Shown: in pieces, positions 8,043 through 16,915 of the stretch
Position numbering within the stretch: the stretch's first letter is position 1
Layout of the letters: each line of letters begins with the position of its first letter
Origin: Gemmatimonadales bacterium
GTDB taxonomy: Bacteria; Gemmatimonadota; Gemmatimonadetes; Gemmatimonadales; Gemmatimonadaceae
Length of the DNA stretch: 64,000 nt
Direction of reading: 5' to 3'
Assembly (NCBI GenBank): GCA_038237245.1
Contig: JBBRYY010000004.1
Location: 1,193 to 65,192, forward strand
Notes under the pieces: generated by a model
What the model was told of the DNA's origin: nothing
Seen by the model: only the letters and a program-made list of their open reading frames with translations
Database searches by the model: none
Translations under genes and position numbers: made by a program

Positions 8043-10825
8043 GCGGCAACGCCCAGCGCTGCGCGCACCACCGACGGCGCCTTCGCGATCGCCTCGCCGA
8101 TGCGCGACGCATCCGGAATTCCCGCCTGAGCCATGTGCGCCTTACCGCCACCCCGGCCCCCCGCCGCCTCCGCGATCGGCTTGATGAGCTGATCCGCACG
8201 CACGCCCTTCTCGCGCAGATCGTCGGTGACGATGACGATCAGCGTGCTCTTCCCCTCGCCGAACGAGGTCGCCAGCACGCCGACGCCACTGCCGAGCTGC
8301 TCGCGCAGCGCGTCGCCGAGCTGTTGCAGCTCCTTCACGTCGCCCGCGGTCACGCTCGACGACACCAGGCGCGATGCGCCGATCGTCTCCGCACCCGCGA
8401 GCAGCTGTTGCAGCTGGTCGCCGCCGCCGCGCAGACTCTCCTCGAGTCGCTTCTCGAGCTTCCGTCGCTCGTCGAGCAACGTCTCCACGCGCTTGACGAC
8501 GCCATCCGCCGGTGCGCGCAACAGCTCGCCGAGCTTCTGCAGCCGCAGCTCCTCGCCGCGAATCAGCTCGTACGCGCGCGGCCCGGTCACCGCCTCGATG
8601 CGCCGGATCCCCGCCGCGACGCCATTCTCGCTCACGATCTTGAAGAGCGCGATCTGCCCCGTACTGCGCGCGTGCGTGCCGCCGCACAGCTCAACGGACA
8701 ACCCCGGAATGCTGACGACACGCACCACGTCCCCATACTTCTCGCCGAAGAGCGCCATCGCGCCGGACGCGACCGCGTCGCGATACGGGCGCTCGACGGT
8801 GCTCACGTCGACGTTCGCCCAGATGCCGCGATTTACGATCTCCTCGATCTCCGACAGCTGCTCCGGCTTGATCGGACCGTGATGGTGAAAGTCGAAGCGC
8901 AAACGATCCGGCGCGACGAGCGACCCGGCCTGCGTCACGTGCTCGCCCAGCACCTGGCGCAGCGCCGCGTGCAGAAGATGCGTCGCGGTGTGATTGCGCT
9001 CCGTGTCGCGCCGACGATCCGCGGGAATGTGCGCGTGCACGCGACCGAAGTGGAATTCGCCCGTGAGCTCACCGATCGCAATATGCCGCCCGTCGACCTT
9101 CTTCACCTCGTCGACGTCCACCGTCCAGCCTTCGCCCGCAATCTCCCCTGCGTCGGCGATCTGACCGCCGGACTCCGCGTAGAACGGAGTCTCCTCCAGC
9201 ACGACCGCGAGTCGTCCCGCAGGGAGTCGGCGAATCGCGACGACTTCGGTGTCCGCCTCAGTCACGCCGTAGCCGACGAAGTTCGTCGACTGCGCCGCGG
9301 CGCCGGGCTTCTTCTCCCATGACGCAAAGTCCGCGAGCCCTTCATCCGCGACGCCAAGGTCACGCCCCTTGCGCTCCTCGCGCGACTGCGAGCGCTGCGC
9401 CTGCAGCGAGCTCTCGAAACCCGCGATGTCGACGGTGTAGCCACGCTCGTGCGCCATCAGCTCCGTGAGATCGATCGGGAAGCCGAAGGTATCATAGAGA
9501 CGGAACGCATCGCCGCCGCTGATCGTCCCGCGGATCGCGGTGGAGCCCTGCGTCGAATTGAGCGGCGCGAGCTGGTCGAAGCGCAGCATCCCTTCCTCGA
9601 TCGTCGCGAGGAAGCGCTCTTCTTCCGCGCGCGTCGTGTCGGCGATGAGCGTGCGGCGCTGCGCGAGCTCCGGATACACATCCGACATCTGGTCCACCAC
9701 GACACTCACGAGCTTGTCGAGCGTCGGCTCTCGGCGACCGAGCAGCCATGCGTGACGAACGCCGCGTCGGAGAATGCGGCGAAGCACGTAGCCGCGCCCC
9801 TCATTCGACGGGAAGACGCCATCGGCGATCAGAAAGGTGATCGCGCGTGCGTGATCGGCGAGCACGCGGAAGGACACCGCGTCGTATGTCACCGGTCGGT
9901 TACCCTTCGGTGGAACGGTGGGCCACACTGCCGTTCCCACGTCCGCCCCCGGCCGATCGTCGTACGACATGCCGAGCACCTCCTCGGCCTTCGTGATCAA
10001 CGGGACGAAGAGGTCGGTGTGATAGTTGTTCGTCACGCCCTGCAGCACCGCGGCGATGCGCTCGAGCCCCGCGCCCGTATCGACCGACGGCTTGGGGAGC
10101 GGCGTGAGCACGCCGTCCTGCTGCCGGTCGAACTGCATGAAGACGAGATTCCAGATCTCGAGGAAGCGCCCGGCTTCCGCGCCCTCGACGAACGCATCGC
10201 GCGAGAACTCGGTGCGCACGGTGTCGGTCCACTCGCCGGTCGCGCCGGCAGGGAATGCCCAGTCGCCGGCGAGGTGTGCGAGGTCGACATAGATCTCCGT
10301 GCACGGGCCGCATGGTCCCGTGTCGGCCATCTGCCAGAAGTTGTCGCGCTCGCCCAACCCGTAGATCCGGCTGTCGGCGATTCCCGTTATCTCCGTCCAG
10401 AGCGCGCGCGCCTCGTCGTCCGACTCGTAGACCGTGACGCGCAGATGCTCCTTCGGGATCCCGAGCTCGACGGTGATGAATTCCCATGCGAAGCGAATCG
10501 CATCGCGCTTGAAGTAATCACCGAAGGAAAAGTTGCCGAGCATCTCGAAGAACGTGTGGTGCCGCGCAGTGTGCCCCACCTGTTCGAGATCGTTGTGCTT
10601 TCCTCCTGCGCGCACGCACTTCTGCGCCGTGGTCGCGCGCACGCCGAACGACGCACGCTCCTGGCCGAGGAAGATGCGCTTGAACTGCACCATTCCGGCG
10701 TTGGTGAAGAGGAGCGTCGGATCGTCCGCGGGGACGAGCGACGAGCTGGGGCGGACCGCGTGCGCGTTGCGCTCGAAGTACGAGAGGAAACGCTGGCGAA
10801 TCTCGGATGCGCGCATAAGCCTCAC
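8039..10825 (-). CDS. alaS: Alanine--tRNA ligase
   Basis: 928 aa. Class II core (FTNAGMVQFK, KCVRAGGKHNDLE), editing domain HTATHLLH and C-terminal DHHA1 region. The start may be 9 nt downstream. Confidence 0.96.
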   Translation of the reverse strand: MRLMRASEIRQRFLSYFERNAHAVRPSSSLVPADDPTLLFTNAGMVQFKRIFLGQERASFGVRATTAQKCVRAGGKHNDLEQVGHTARHHTFFEMLGNFSFGDYFKRDAIRFAWEFITVELGIPKEHLRVTVYESDDEARALWTEITGIADSRIYGLGERDNFWQMADTGPCGPCTEIYVDLAHLAGDWAFPAGATGEWTDTVRTEFSRDAFVEGAEAGRFLEIWNLVFMQFDRQQDGVLTPLPKPSVDTGAGLERIAAVLQGVTNNYHTDLFVPLITKAEEVLGMSYDDRPGADVGTAVWPTVPPKGNRPVTYDAVSFRVLADHARAITFLIADGVFPSNEGRGYVLRRILRRGVRHAWLLGRREPTLDKLVSVVVDQMSDVYPELAQRRTLIADTTRAEEERFLATIEEGMLRFDQLAPLNSTQGSTAIRGTISGGDAFRLYDTFGFPIDLTELMAHERGYTVDIAGFESSLQAQRSQSREERKGRDLGVADEGLADFASWEKKPGAAAQSTNFVGYGVTEADTEVVAIRRLPAGRLAVVLEETPFYAESGGQIADAGEIAGEGWTVDVDEVKKVDGRHIAIGELTGEFHFGRVHAHIPADRRRDTERNHTATHLLHAALRQVLGEHVTQAGSLVAPDRLRFDFHHHGPIKPEQLSEIEEIVNRGIWANVDVSTVERPYRDAVASGAMALFGEKYGDVVRVVSIPGLSVELCGGTHARSTGQIALFKIVSENGVAAGIRRIEAVTGPRAYELIRGEELRLQKLGELLRAPADGVVKRVETLLDERRKLEKRLEESLRGGGDQLQQLLAGAETIGASRLVSSSVTAGDVKELQQLGDALREQLGSGVGVLATSFGEGKSTLIVIVTDDLREKGVRADQLIKPIAEAAGGRGGGKAHMAQAGIPDASRIGEAIAKAPSVVRAALGVAA

Positions 10826-10857
10826 AATATACCGCGCCCGGTACTCCGGGGCACGGG

Positions 10858-11601
10858 CTATTCGAGGTTGTCCGCCTCGCTGCTTCCCGGGAGCGCGTCC
10901 ATGACGCGGCGGATTGCGGAGCCGTCGTATCCGCGCCTCGCGAGAAATGCGTAGAGCCGTCGGCGCGCCGTGGCCGGATCGGCGGTGCGCAGGGTGCGCA
11001 TCTTCTTCGCGGCGACCTGCGCGACCTGCGCATCCTCGTCGACCTCGTCCTCCTCCAATACCTGGGCCAGCGCCGCATCGATGACGTCGCGCGCGACGCC
11101 GCGGCGCCAGAGCTCGGACTGCAGGCGCCGGCGCGAGAGCCCCGCGCCCGCGATCTTCGCGCGGATGAACTGCCGCGCGAACTGGGCATCGTCGAGCGCG
11201 CCGAGGGTGATGAGGCGCTCGACGGCGGCTGCAACGTGCTCCGCGGCCTCGCCCTTCCGCACCAGCATCCGCTCGAGGTCGCGCGCAGCACGCGGACGGG
11301 CCGCGAGCATCGCGATCGCGCGGTCGAAGGTGTGGAGCGCGGCCGACTCCGCGGCGACGCTATTCGCCATCGTCTCGCCATACGCCACGCCGATGCGAAC
11401 GCCCAGTCGCTCGATGCCATCGAGCGAAAGCGTCGCGACGACGGACCCGTCGACGAGAATCTCGAAGCGGCCCGGATGGCGGGCGCTCGCAGAGATGGCG
11501 GTGATGCGCGCGGGACTCGCGAGCGAGCTGGCGGAGGCGGAGGTATCGGCGTCGCCGGACAGGCCTCCGAGCGCCAGCGTGGGGGACGAGAGCTCACTCA
11601 T
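10858..11601 (-). CDS. recX: RecA regulator RecX
   Basis: Lies downstream of recA. Three-helix repeat region (RRRLQSELWRRGVARDVIDAAL..RRRLYAFLARRGYDGSAI). Start uncertain. Confidence 0.8.
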   Translation of the reverse strand: MSELSSPTLALGGLSGDADTSASASSLASPARITAISASARHPGRFEILVDGSVVATLSLDGIERLGVRIGVAYGETMANSVAAESAALHTFDRAIAMLAARPRAARDLERMLVRKGEAAEHVAAAVERLITLGALDDAQFARQFIRAKIAGAGLSRRRLQSELWRRGVARDVIDAALAQVLEEDEVDEDAQVAQVAAKKMRTLRTADPATARRRLYAFLARRGYDGSAIRRVMDALPGSSEADNLE

Positions 11602-11650
11602 TCAGATATCCCAGCAGATGGACGGATGACGACCCCCCGAGATGCACGAA

Positions 11651-11721
11651 GTGCCGAAGGGGAGGGGTGAGACGAAGACAGTTTCCGGGTGCCTTCGCCA
11701 CTCCACCTCGCCCTTCGGCAC
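11651..11721 (-). terminator. Long imperfect hairpin between recA stop and recX start (possible attenuating terminator)
   Basis: GTGCCGAAGGGGAGGGGTGAG (11651-11671) pairs with CTCCACCTCGCCCTTCGGCAC (11701-11721). The first 11 bp are perfect, with about 4-8 further pairs. Confidence 0.4.
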
Positions 11722-11742
11722 GATTTCGCCGACGTGCTGGTG

Positions 11743-12801
11743 CTACTCGTCGCTCTCGACCTCTTCGACCGCTTCCACCGCCATGGCGCCAGGATCCTTG
11801 ATCCCCAGCACGACTTTTACCTTCTCCTCGATCTCCAGCATCATGCTCTCATTGTCCTTCAGGAACATCTTCGCGTTCTCCCGGCCCTGCCCGATGCGCT
11901 GGCCGTTGTAGCTGTACCAGGCGCCCGACTTCTCAATGATGCCGGACTCCGACCCAATGTCGACCAGAAGAGACGTGTGGCTGATCCCTTCCGCGTACAT
12001 GATGTCGAACTCGGCCTGCTTGAACGGCGGCGCCACCTTGTTCTTCACGACCTTCACGCGGACGTGCGACCCGACAACCTCTTCCTTGTCCTTGACCGGC
12101 CCAATGCGGCGAATGTCGAGGCGAACCGACGCATAAAACTTGAGTGCCTTGCCACCGGTGGTCGTCTCGGGGTTGCCGAACATGACGCCGATCTTTTCGC
12201 GGAGCTGGTTGATGAACACGACGGACGTCTTCGACCGCGCGATCGCGCCGGTGAGCTTGCGAAGCGCCTGGCTCATGAGGCGCGCCTGCAGTCCGACGTG
12301 CGAATCACCCATCTCACCCTCGATCTCGGCCTTCGGCACCAGCGCGGCGACGGAGTCGATGACCACGATATCGACGGCGCCCGAACGCACGAGAATCTCG
12401 CAGATCTCGAGCGCCTGCTCGCCGGTGTCCGGCTGCGACACGAGAAGGTTCTCGATGTCCACGCCCAGCTTCTGCGCGTAGTCGGTGTCGAGCGCATGCT
12501 CGGCGTCGATGTACGCGGCGACACCACCGGCGCGCTGCGCATTCGCGACGACGTGCAAACAAAGCGTCGTCTTACCGCTCGATTCCGGACCGTAGATCTC
12601 CGTGACCCGGCCCCGCGGAATTCCGCCGACGCCGATTGCCGCATCCAGATTGATGGCACCCGTCGGAATCACATCGATACGGACCTTCGCAGCATCGGCT
12701 CCCATCTTCATGATGGAACCTTTGCCACAGCTCTTCTCGATTTGCGCGATCGCCAGATTCAGCGCTTTCTTCTTTTCTTCCTGTCCTGTGGAGACAGCCA
12801 T
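11743..12801 (-). CDS. recA: Recombinase RecA
   Basis: ATG at 12801 ([34 protein letters not shown]). Walker [11 protein letters not shown] and full-length RecA conservation. Confidence 0.98.
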   Translation of the reverse strand: MAVSTGQEEKKKALNLAIAQIEKSCGKGSIMKMGADAAKVRIDVIPTGAINLDAAIGVGGIPRGRVTEIYGPESSGKTTLCLHVVANAQRAGGVAAYIDAEHALDTDYAQKLGVDIENLLVSQPDTGEQALEICEILVRSGAVDIVVIDSVAALVPKAEIEGEMGDSHVGLQARLMSQALRKLTGAIARSKTSVVFINQLREKIGVMFGNPETTTGGKALKFYASVRLDIRRIGPVKDKEEVVGSHVRVKVVKNKVAPPFKQAEFDIMYAEGISHTSLLVDIGSESGIIEKSGAWYSYNGQRIGQGRENAKMFLKDNESMMLEIEEKVKVVLGIKDPGAMAVEAVEEVESDE

Positions 12802-12890
12802 GCGGTCACCCAACCCGTGAAATCGTGAGACTGCCGAATCTGGCCTGGCGATAGAAAATCTATCGTCGGGACTACCTAATACCACTGCCC

Positions 12891-12905
12891 GAACAAAATA
12901 CGAAC
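12891..12905 (-). promoter_or_regulatory. Candidate SOS (LexA) box of the GTTC-N7-GTTC type upstream of recA
   Basis: On the recA sense strand the sequence reads GTTCGTATTTTGTTC, 90-104 nt upstream of the ATG. This matches the direct-repeat LexA operator described for Alphaproteobacteria. Confidence 0.3.
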
Positions 12906-12919
12906 CCCCCTGTCCGCTG

Positions 12920-13294
12920 TCAACCGGCTGATCGGGCCCCAAAGGCATTCTCGACGTGCCGAAGCCGAACCCGATCGCCCTGAACCAACACCCCAACCAC
13001 GTCGAATCGAAACGCTTGTTCCCCTCCCCCGTGCCTCGCGATCCACACTGCCGCTGAACGGCAGAGCTCGCGTTGCTTCCGCCAGTTCACGGCCTCCACC
13101 GGGTGGCCAAAGGCCTCGCCTCGCCGAGTTTTGACCTCGATGAAGGCCACAACCCCGCTTCGCTCCGCTACGAGGTCAAGGTCTCTGTGTCCGTTCCGGA
13201 AGCGGCGATCCAGTATTCGCCACCCCTTCCGCGCCAGCCAGACGGCCGCAATCCGCTCGCCTTGCTCTCCCAGCACCTGCGACGCTGCCGTCAT
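12920..13294 (-). CDS. yraN: YraN-family (UPF0102) endonuclease-like protein
   Basis: [43 protein letters not shown], the typical UPF0102 pattern. Confidence 0.85.
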   Translation of the reverse strand: MTAASQVLGEQGERIAAVWLARKGWRILDRRFRNGHRDLDLVAERSGVVAFIEVKTRRGEAFGHPVEAVNWRKQRELCRSAAVWIARHGGGEQAFRFDVVGVLVQGDRVRLRHVENAFGARSAG

Positions 13295-13303
13295 GAACGC
13301 AAA

Positions 13304-13333
13304 GATGCGGGCGCCCGTCAGGACGCCCGCATC
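13304..13333 (-). terminator. GC-rich hairpin downstream of the lipoprotein gene
   Basis: GATGCGGGCG-N10-CGCCCGCATC, a perfect 10-bp stem followed on the minus strand by CTTTGCGTT. A second hairpin, CCCCGCCTC-GCGG-GAGGCGGGG, lies at 13353-13374. Confidence 0.4.
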
Positions 13334-13393
13334 GAACCACCTCGACCATCATCCCCGCCTCGCGGGAGGCGGGGGAGCGCTATCGTCGGCCGG

Positions 13394-14242
13394 TCAGGAC
13401 TTCGGCGTCTGCCCCTCAGCGAGCAGCAGCTCCACCTTCGCGGCTGCGATCCCCGCAACCGGCGTGTCCATCTTGAGAAGCACCTTGTCGCTCTTGCGCA
13501 CCCAGAGATGCTCCTCGGTCTCGCCGACCTGGAGCGTCATCGTCCATGTATCGAAAGTGCCGTCGGGAACGAACAGCGAATCCTGTCCGGTCACCCAGAG
13601 CTTCAATACGACGCGCGCCTGATCATGCGGTCCGACGAACTCGGTGGTTGCACTGCCCTTGTATCCGAGCGCCAGCGGCAGCGACGCGAGCAGCGGCTCG
13701 ATCCAGTAGATGTTGCCGATGAGGTCGCGCTCGTTCTTCACGGCCACGCGTGCGCCACCGCCGCTATCGCCCTCGAATTTCGTGACGATGCTGTCGCGCG
13801 TGTAGTGCGTCGTGATCTCCTGGTCGGGAGTGTGCACAACGCGGTGCACCGGCTCGAGCGACGTCTTCGCTACGAACAGCGACTCGGCCAGCTCCACTGT
13901 GTTGATCTTCCGCGATTCCGCGAGCAGCCACACGGCCTTGCCATCGTAGGTCGTTTCCGTGAGCTCGAGGGTGCGCCAGCCGAGGCGGTGCGCCTGCCCC
14001 TGCGAGAAGATCCGCGCGACGTAAATGAGCTTCGACGGCTTGAGCACCGCAGCGCCGGGAGCAACGAGCACTGGATTCGCCGGCGCCGATGCCGTTGCGA
14101 GATCCACTGCCGGTGCCGCCGCGGACTTCGCGGGCGACGGCGCGACGTCAGTCGCGAGCTTCGCGCCACGCGAGCACGCCGAGAGTGCGCCTCCGCAGAT
14201 GACGAGTACTCCCGCAATCCAACTAGTCTTTCGAGCCTTCAC
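13394..14242 (-). CDS. Hypothetical lipoprotein (282 aa)
   Basis: Signal peptide with lipobox (ICGGALSAC). Beta-rich mature part, no family recognised. Confidence 0.65.
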   Translation of the reverse strand: MKARKTSWIAGVLVICGGALSACSRGAKLATDVAPSPAKSAAAPAVDLATASAPANPVLVAPGAAVLKPSKLIYVARIFSQGQAHRLGWRTLELTETTYDGKAVWLLAESRKINTVELAESLFVAKTSLEPVHRVVHTPDQEITTHYTRDSIVTKFEGDSGGGARVAVKNERDLIGNIYWIEPLLASLPLALGYKGSATTEFVGPHDQARVVLKLWVTGQDSLFVPDGTFDTWTMTLQVGETEEHLWVRKSDKVLLKMDTPVAGIAAAKVELLLAEGQTPKS

Positions 14243-14320
14243 GATTCCTCCAAGAGTGGCAATCCGCTCGGCCGCGCTAACTCACGCGCCGGAGACGTCG
14301 ATTCGACAATCAAGAAAAAA

Positions 14321-14559
14321 GACAACTGCGACAGCTGTGAAAAGCGACAAAAAACGGATGAACCGCACGGATCGAACGGGAAGAATCAGTTGTCGTCTCC
14401 GTTTGTTGTCCGTGCTTCTATCCGTTTTTGTCCGTATCTCATTTGTTAGTGCCGGTGGTGCGTCGAGCTTCTGGAATGCGCCCGAACGCAAGCATCAACA
14501 ACTGGAGATACGGACTAAAACGGAATGAACGGACACCGACGGACAACTGCGACTGCTGG
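14321..14559. repeat. Low-GC intergenic inverted-repeat element (three ~60-nt units carrying phased ACGGA pentamers)
   Basis: ACGGA at 14354, 14367, 14510, 14520, 14529 and 14539. TCCGT at 14398, 14409, 14421 and 14431. GACAACTGCGAC(A/T)GCTG is directly repeated at 14321 and 14541. About 73% identical over 62 nt to the unit at 26550-26611. Confidence 0.8.
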
Positions 14560-14567
14560 ACGACCGA

Positions 14568-16910
14568 TTAACTCGCCGGCCCGCAGATACGATCGATGTC
14601 ATCCAGCCCGACGAGCACTTCGCGCGCCTTGGATCCATCCGCGGGGCCCAGGATGCCTGCTTCCTGGAGCTGGTCGATGATTCGCGCCGCGCGGCCGTAC
14701 CCAACCTTGAGTCTCCGTTGCAGCAGCGAAGTCGAGCCCAGCTGGTTCTGCACCACTACTTCGGCCGCTTCGCGAAAGAGCTTGTCCCGCTCGCCCGCGA
14801 CTTCGGCGTCGTTCGCATCCGATGTCGCCACCGCCTCGCGCTTCCGCATCTCCTCGAGGATGTCCGACTCGTAAGACACCGGCTCCTCGACAATGAGCCC
14901 TTCGGATTCGAGCACGCGCTTGCGCTCTGCCTTCTTCCCCTCGTACCACCCCATCAGGGCTTCGGTATCCTCGGAGGAAATATAGGCTCCCTGCAGTCGA
15001 GCGGCCTCCGACTTCCCGGGCGGGATGAAGAGCATGTCGCCGTTGCCGAGCAGTGACTCAGCGCCCATGCCGTCGATGATCGTGCGGCTATCCACCTGGG
15101 AGGCGACACGGAAGGCGATGCGGCTGGGGAAGTTTGCCTTGATCAGCCCCGTGATGACGTTGACGCTCGGCCGCTGCGTCGCGAGGAGGAGATGAATGCC
15201 GATCGCGCGCGCCTTTTGCGCGAGGCGCGCGAGCGGCGGCTCGACTTCCCCCTGCACCGTCATCATGAGGTCCGCGAGCTCGTCGATCACGACAACGATG
15301 TAGGGGAGATGCTTCCCGGTATACTCGGTGTTCTCGAAGGCGACGTCCTTGCGGGTCGGGATCTTGAGCTTGTCGCCGTTCTTGAGGCGGCGATTGAAAT
15401 CCTGGATGTTACGGCAGCCGTTCGCGGCGAGGAGCTCGTACCGCTCCTGCATCTCCATCTCCGCCCACTTGAGCACGGACGCCGCGTCGCGGCTGTCGGT
15501 GATCACCTTGTGGCGCAAATGCGGGAGCGTGTTGTACACGGACAGCTCGACCATCTTCGGGTCGACCATTAGGAAGCGCAGCGTCTTCGGCGTGTGCTTG
15601 TAGACGAGACTCGTGATCACCGTGTTCACGCAAACGGACTTTCCCGATCCCGTGGCGCCGGCGATGAGCAGGTGCGGCATCTTCGCGAGATCAGCGATCA
15701 CCGGCTTTCCCTCGAGATCCTTTCCAAGCGCAATGGGGAGCGCGGCGCGCGCGTTCTTGAACTCGGGACTTTCGAGCAGCTCGCGGAAGGCGACGATCTC
15801 CGACGTCGGGTTCGGCACCTCGACGCCGACGGCGCCGCGCCCCGGAATGGGCGCGACGATGCGGATGCTCGCGGCCCGCATCGCGAGCGCGAGATCGTTC
15901 GAGAGATTCGCGATCTGCCGAACCTTCACGCCCGGCGCGGGCTCGACCTCGAACTGTGTCACCACCGGCCCCGTCGTGCGCCCGACGATCTCGGCCTCGA
16001 CGCGGAAGGTGCGGAGCGCGTCGGTGAGCTTCACTCCCATGGCGTCGAGCTCCCTCTTGCCGAAGTCCGGATTGCGCGGAGCGGCGGGGGTGAGGAGCTC
16101 GGGCGGCGGAAGCTCGTCGTCGGCGAGTGCACCTTCGTCGGTGGCATCGATGGCGGCGGCTATGCGCTCATCGTGCTCGAGATTCAAATCGGCGCGAGAC
16201 TTCTTCTTCTTCTTCCCTCGCCCGCTATCATCGAGCAAGTCGCTCGCGTCCTCCTGCATCAGCGTCGGGTCGAGCTGCGGCATCTCTTCTGGGGGCGGCT
16301 CGAGCAGTGCGGTGGGAACGACGAGCGAATCGATCTCCTTCCGCTTCTTGCGCCCCTTTGCCACCACCTCGGCTGCAACTGGCTCGAACACCTCGGCGCG
16401 CTGCACGCGCACGCCAATCAGCACGCGGATCGGATTCCATGCGAGCGTGAGCACCGTGAGTCCGCAGATGAGCATCGAGACGACGAGCCACGCGCCAACC
16501 GGTCCGAAGAACGCGTACAGATAGTAGGCGACGAACGCTCCCCACAGCCCATCCACCGCCGACCGGCCCGCCTCGCCGTGCTCCGTGCCGAGCCCAAACG
16601 CGATCGGCAGCAGTACGACGAGCCCTGCGAGGAAGAGCATCCACGAGCGGTCCGTATCCGAGCGCATGCGGTCGAACAGGCGAAGCGCATGGACCGCGGG
16701 GACGAGTGGCAGCAGGATCGTCGCGGGGAGGCCGAGCAGCGTGAACAGCCCGTAGCGCAGACACGAGCCGACGGGGCCCATCAGCCCGCGCGCCTCGACG
16801 CACGAGCTGGTCACGGACTCCCCCGCTCCCACGAGGATCGTGGCGGCAAGGAAGAGCGCGAAGATCAGCAGCACGACGCCGGTGAGCTCCCGCTTGAGGC
16901 GTCCCTCCAT
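14568..16910 (-). CDS. ftsK: DNA translocase FtsK/SpoIIIE
   Basis: ATG at 16910 (MEGRLKREL). N-terminal TM segments, Walker A GATGSGKSV, and C-terminal gamma winged-helix (LLQRRLKVGYGRAARIIDQLQEAGILG). Confidence 0.94.
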   Translation of the reverse strand: MEGRLKRELTGVVLLIFALFLAATILVGAGESVTSSCVEARGLMGPVGSCLRYGLFTLLGLPATILLPLVPAVHALRLFDRMRSDTDRSWMLFLAGLVVLLPIAFGLGTEHGEAGRSAVDGLWGAFVAYYLYAFFGPVGAWLVVSMLICGLTVLTLAWNPIRVLIGVRVQRAEVFEPVAAEVVAKGRKKRKEIDSLVVPTALLEPPPEEMPQLDPTLMQEDASDLLDDSGRGKKKKKSRADLNLEHDERIAAAIDATDEGALADDELPPPELLTPAAPRNPDFGKRELDAMGVKLTDALRTFRVEAEIVGRTTGPVVTQFEVEPAPGVKVRQIANLSNDLALAMRAASIRIVAPIPGRGAVGVEVPNPTSEIVAFRELLESPEFKNARAALPIALGKDLEGKPVIADLAKMPHLLIAGATGSGKSVCVNTVITSLVYKHTPKTLRFLMVDPKMVELSVYNTLPHLRHKVITDSRDAASVLKWAEMEMQERYELLAANGCRNIQDFNRRLKNGDKLKIPTRKDVAFENTEYTGKHLPYIVVVIDELADLMMTVQGEVEPPLARLAQKARAIGIHLLLATQRPSVNVITGLIKANFPSRIAFRVASQVDSRTIIDGMGAESLLGNGDMLFIPPGKSEAARLQGAYISSEDTEALMGWYEGKKAERKRVLESEGLIVEEPVSYESDILEEMRKREAVATSDANDAEVAGERDKLFREAAEVVVQNQLGSTSLLQRRLKVGYGRAARIIDQLQEAGILGPADGSKAREVLVGLDDIDRICGPAS

Positions 16911-16915
16911 CGACT

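Noticed and set aside
646-9322. Long plus-strand ORFs antisense to recognised genes (646-1947, 1803-2720, 3524-4411, 3900-4934, 5691-6587, 6946-8184, 7418-9322).
   Set aside because: Their products are Arg/Ala/Pro/Ser-rich with no motifs. They lie opposite strongly conserved genes (rarA, ZIP, cca, alaS). Open antisense frames of this kind are expected in a 68% GC genome.
14451-14490. Possible dif (XerCD) site next to ftsK, in the GC-rich core of the repeat element.
   Set aside because: No resemblance to the dif consensus was seen (no central AT-rich spacer between inverted XerC and XerD half-sites). A similar core also occurs at 26609-26640.
14282-14491. Small ORFs inside the repeat elements (14282-14491 minus, and 26482-26727 minus), which share the peptide SPFVVRA..RFCPYL.C with another frame.
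   Set aside because: The shared peptide only reflects the DNA repeat read in one frame. The ORFs run across hairpin arms, have low GC3 and lack plausible starts. They are treated as non-coding repeat.
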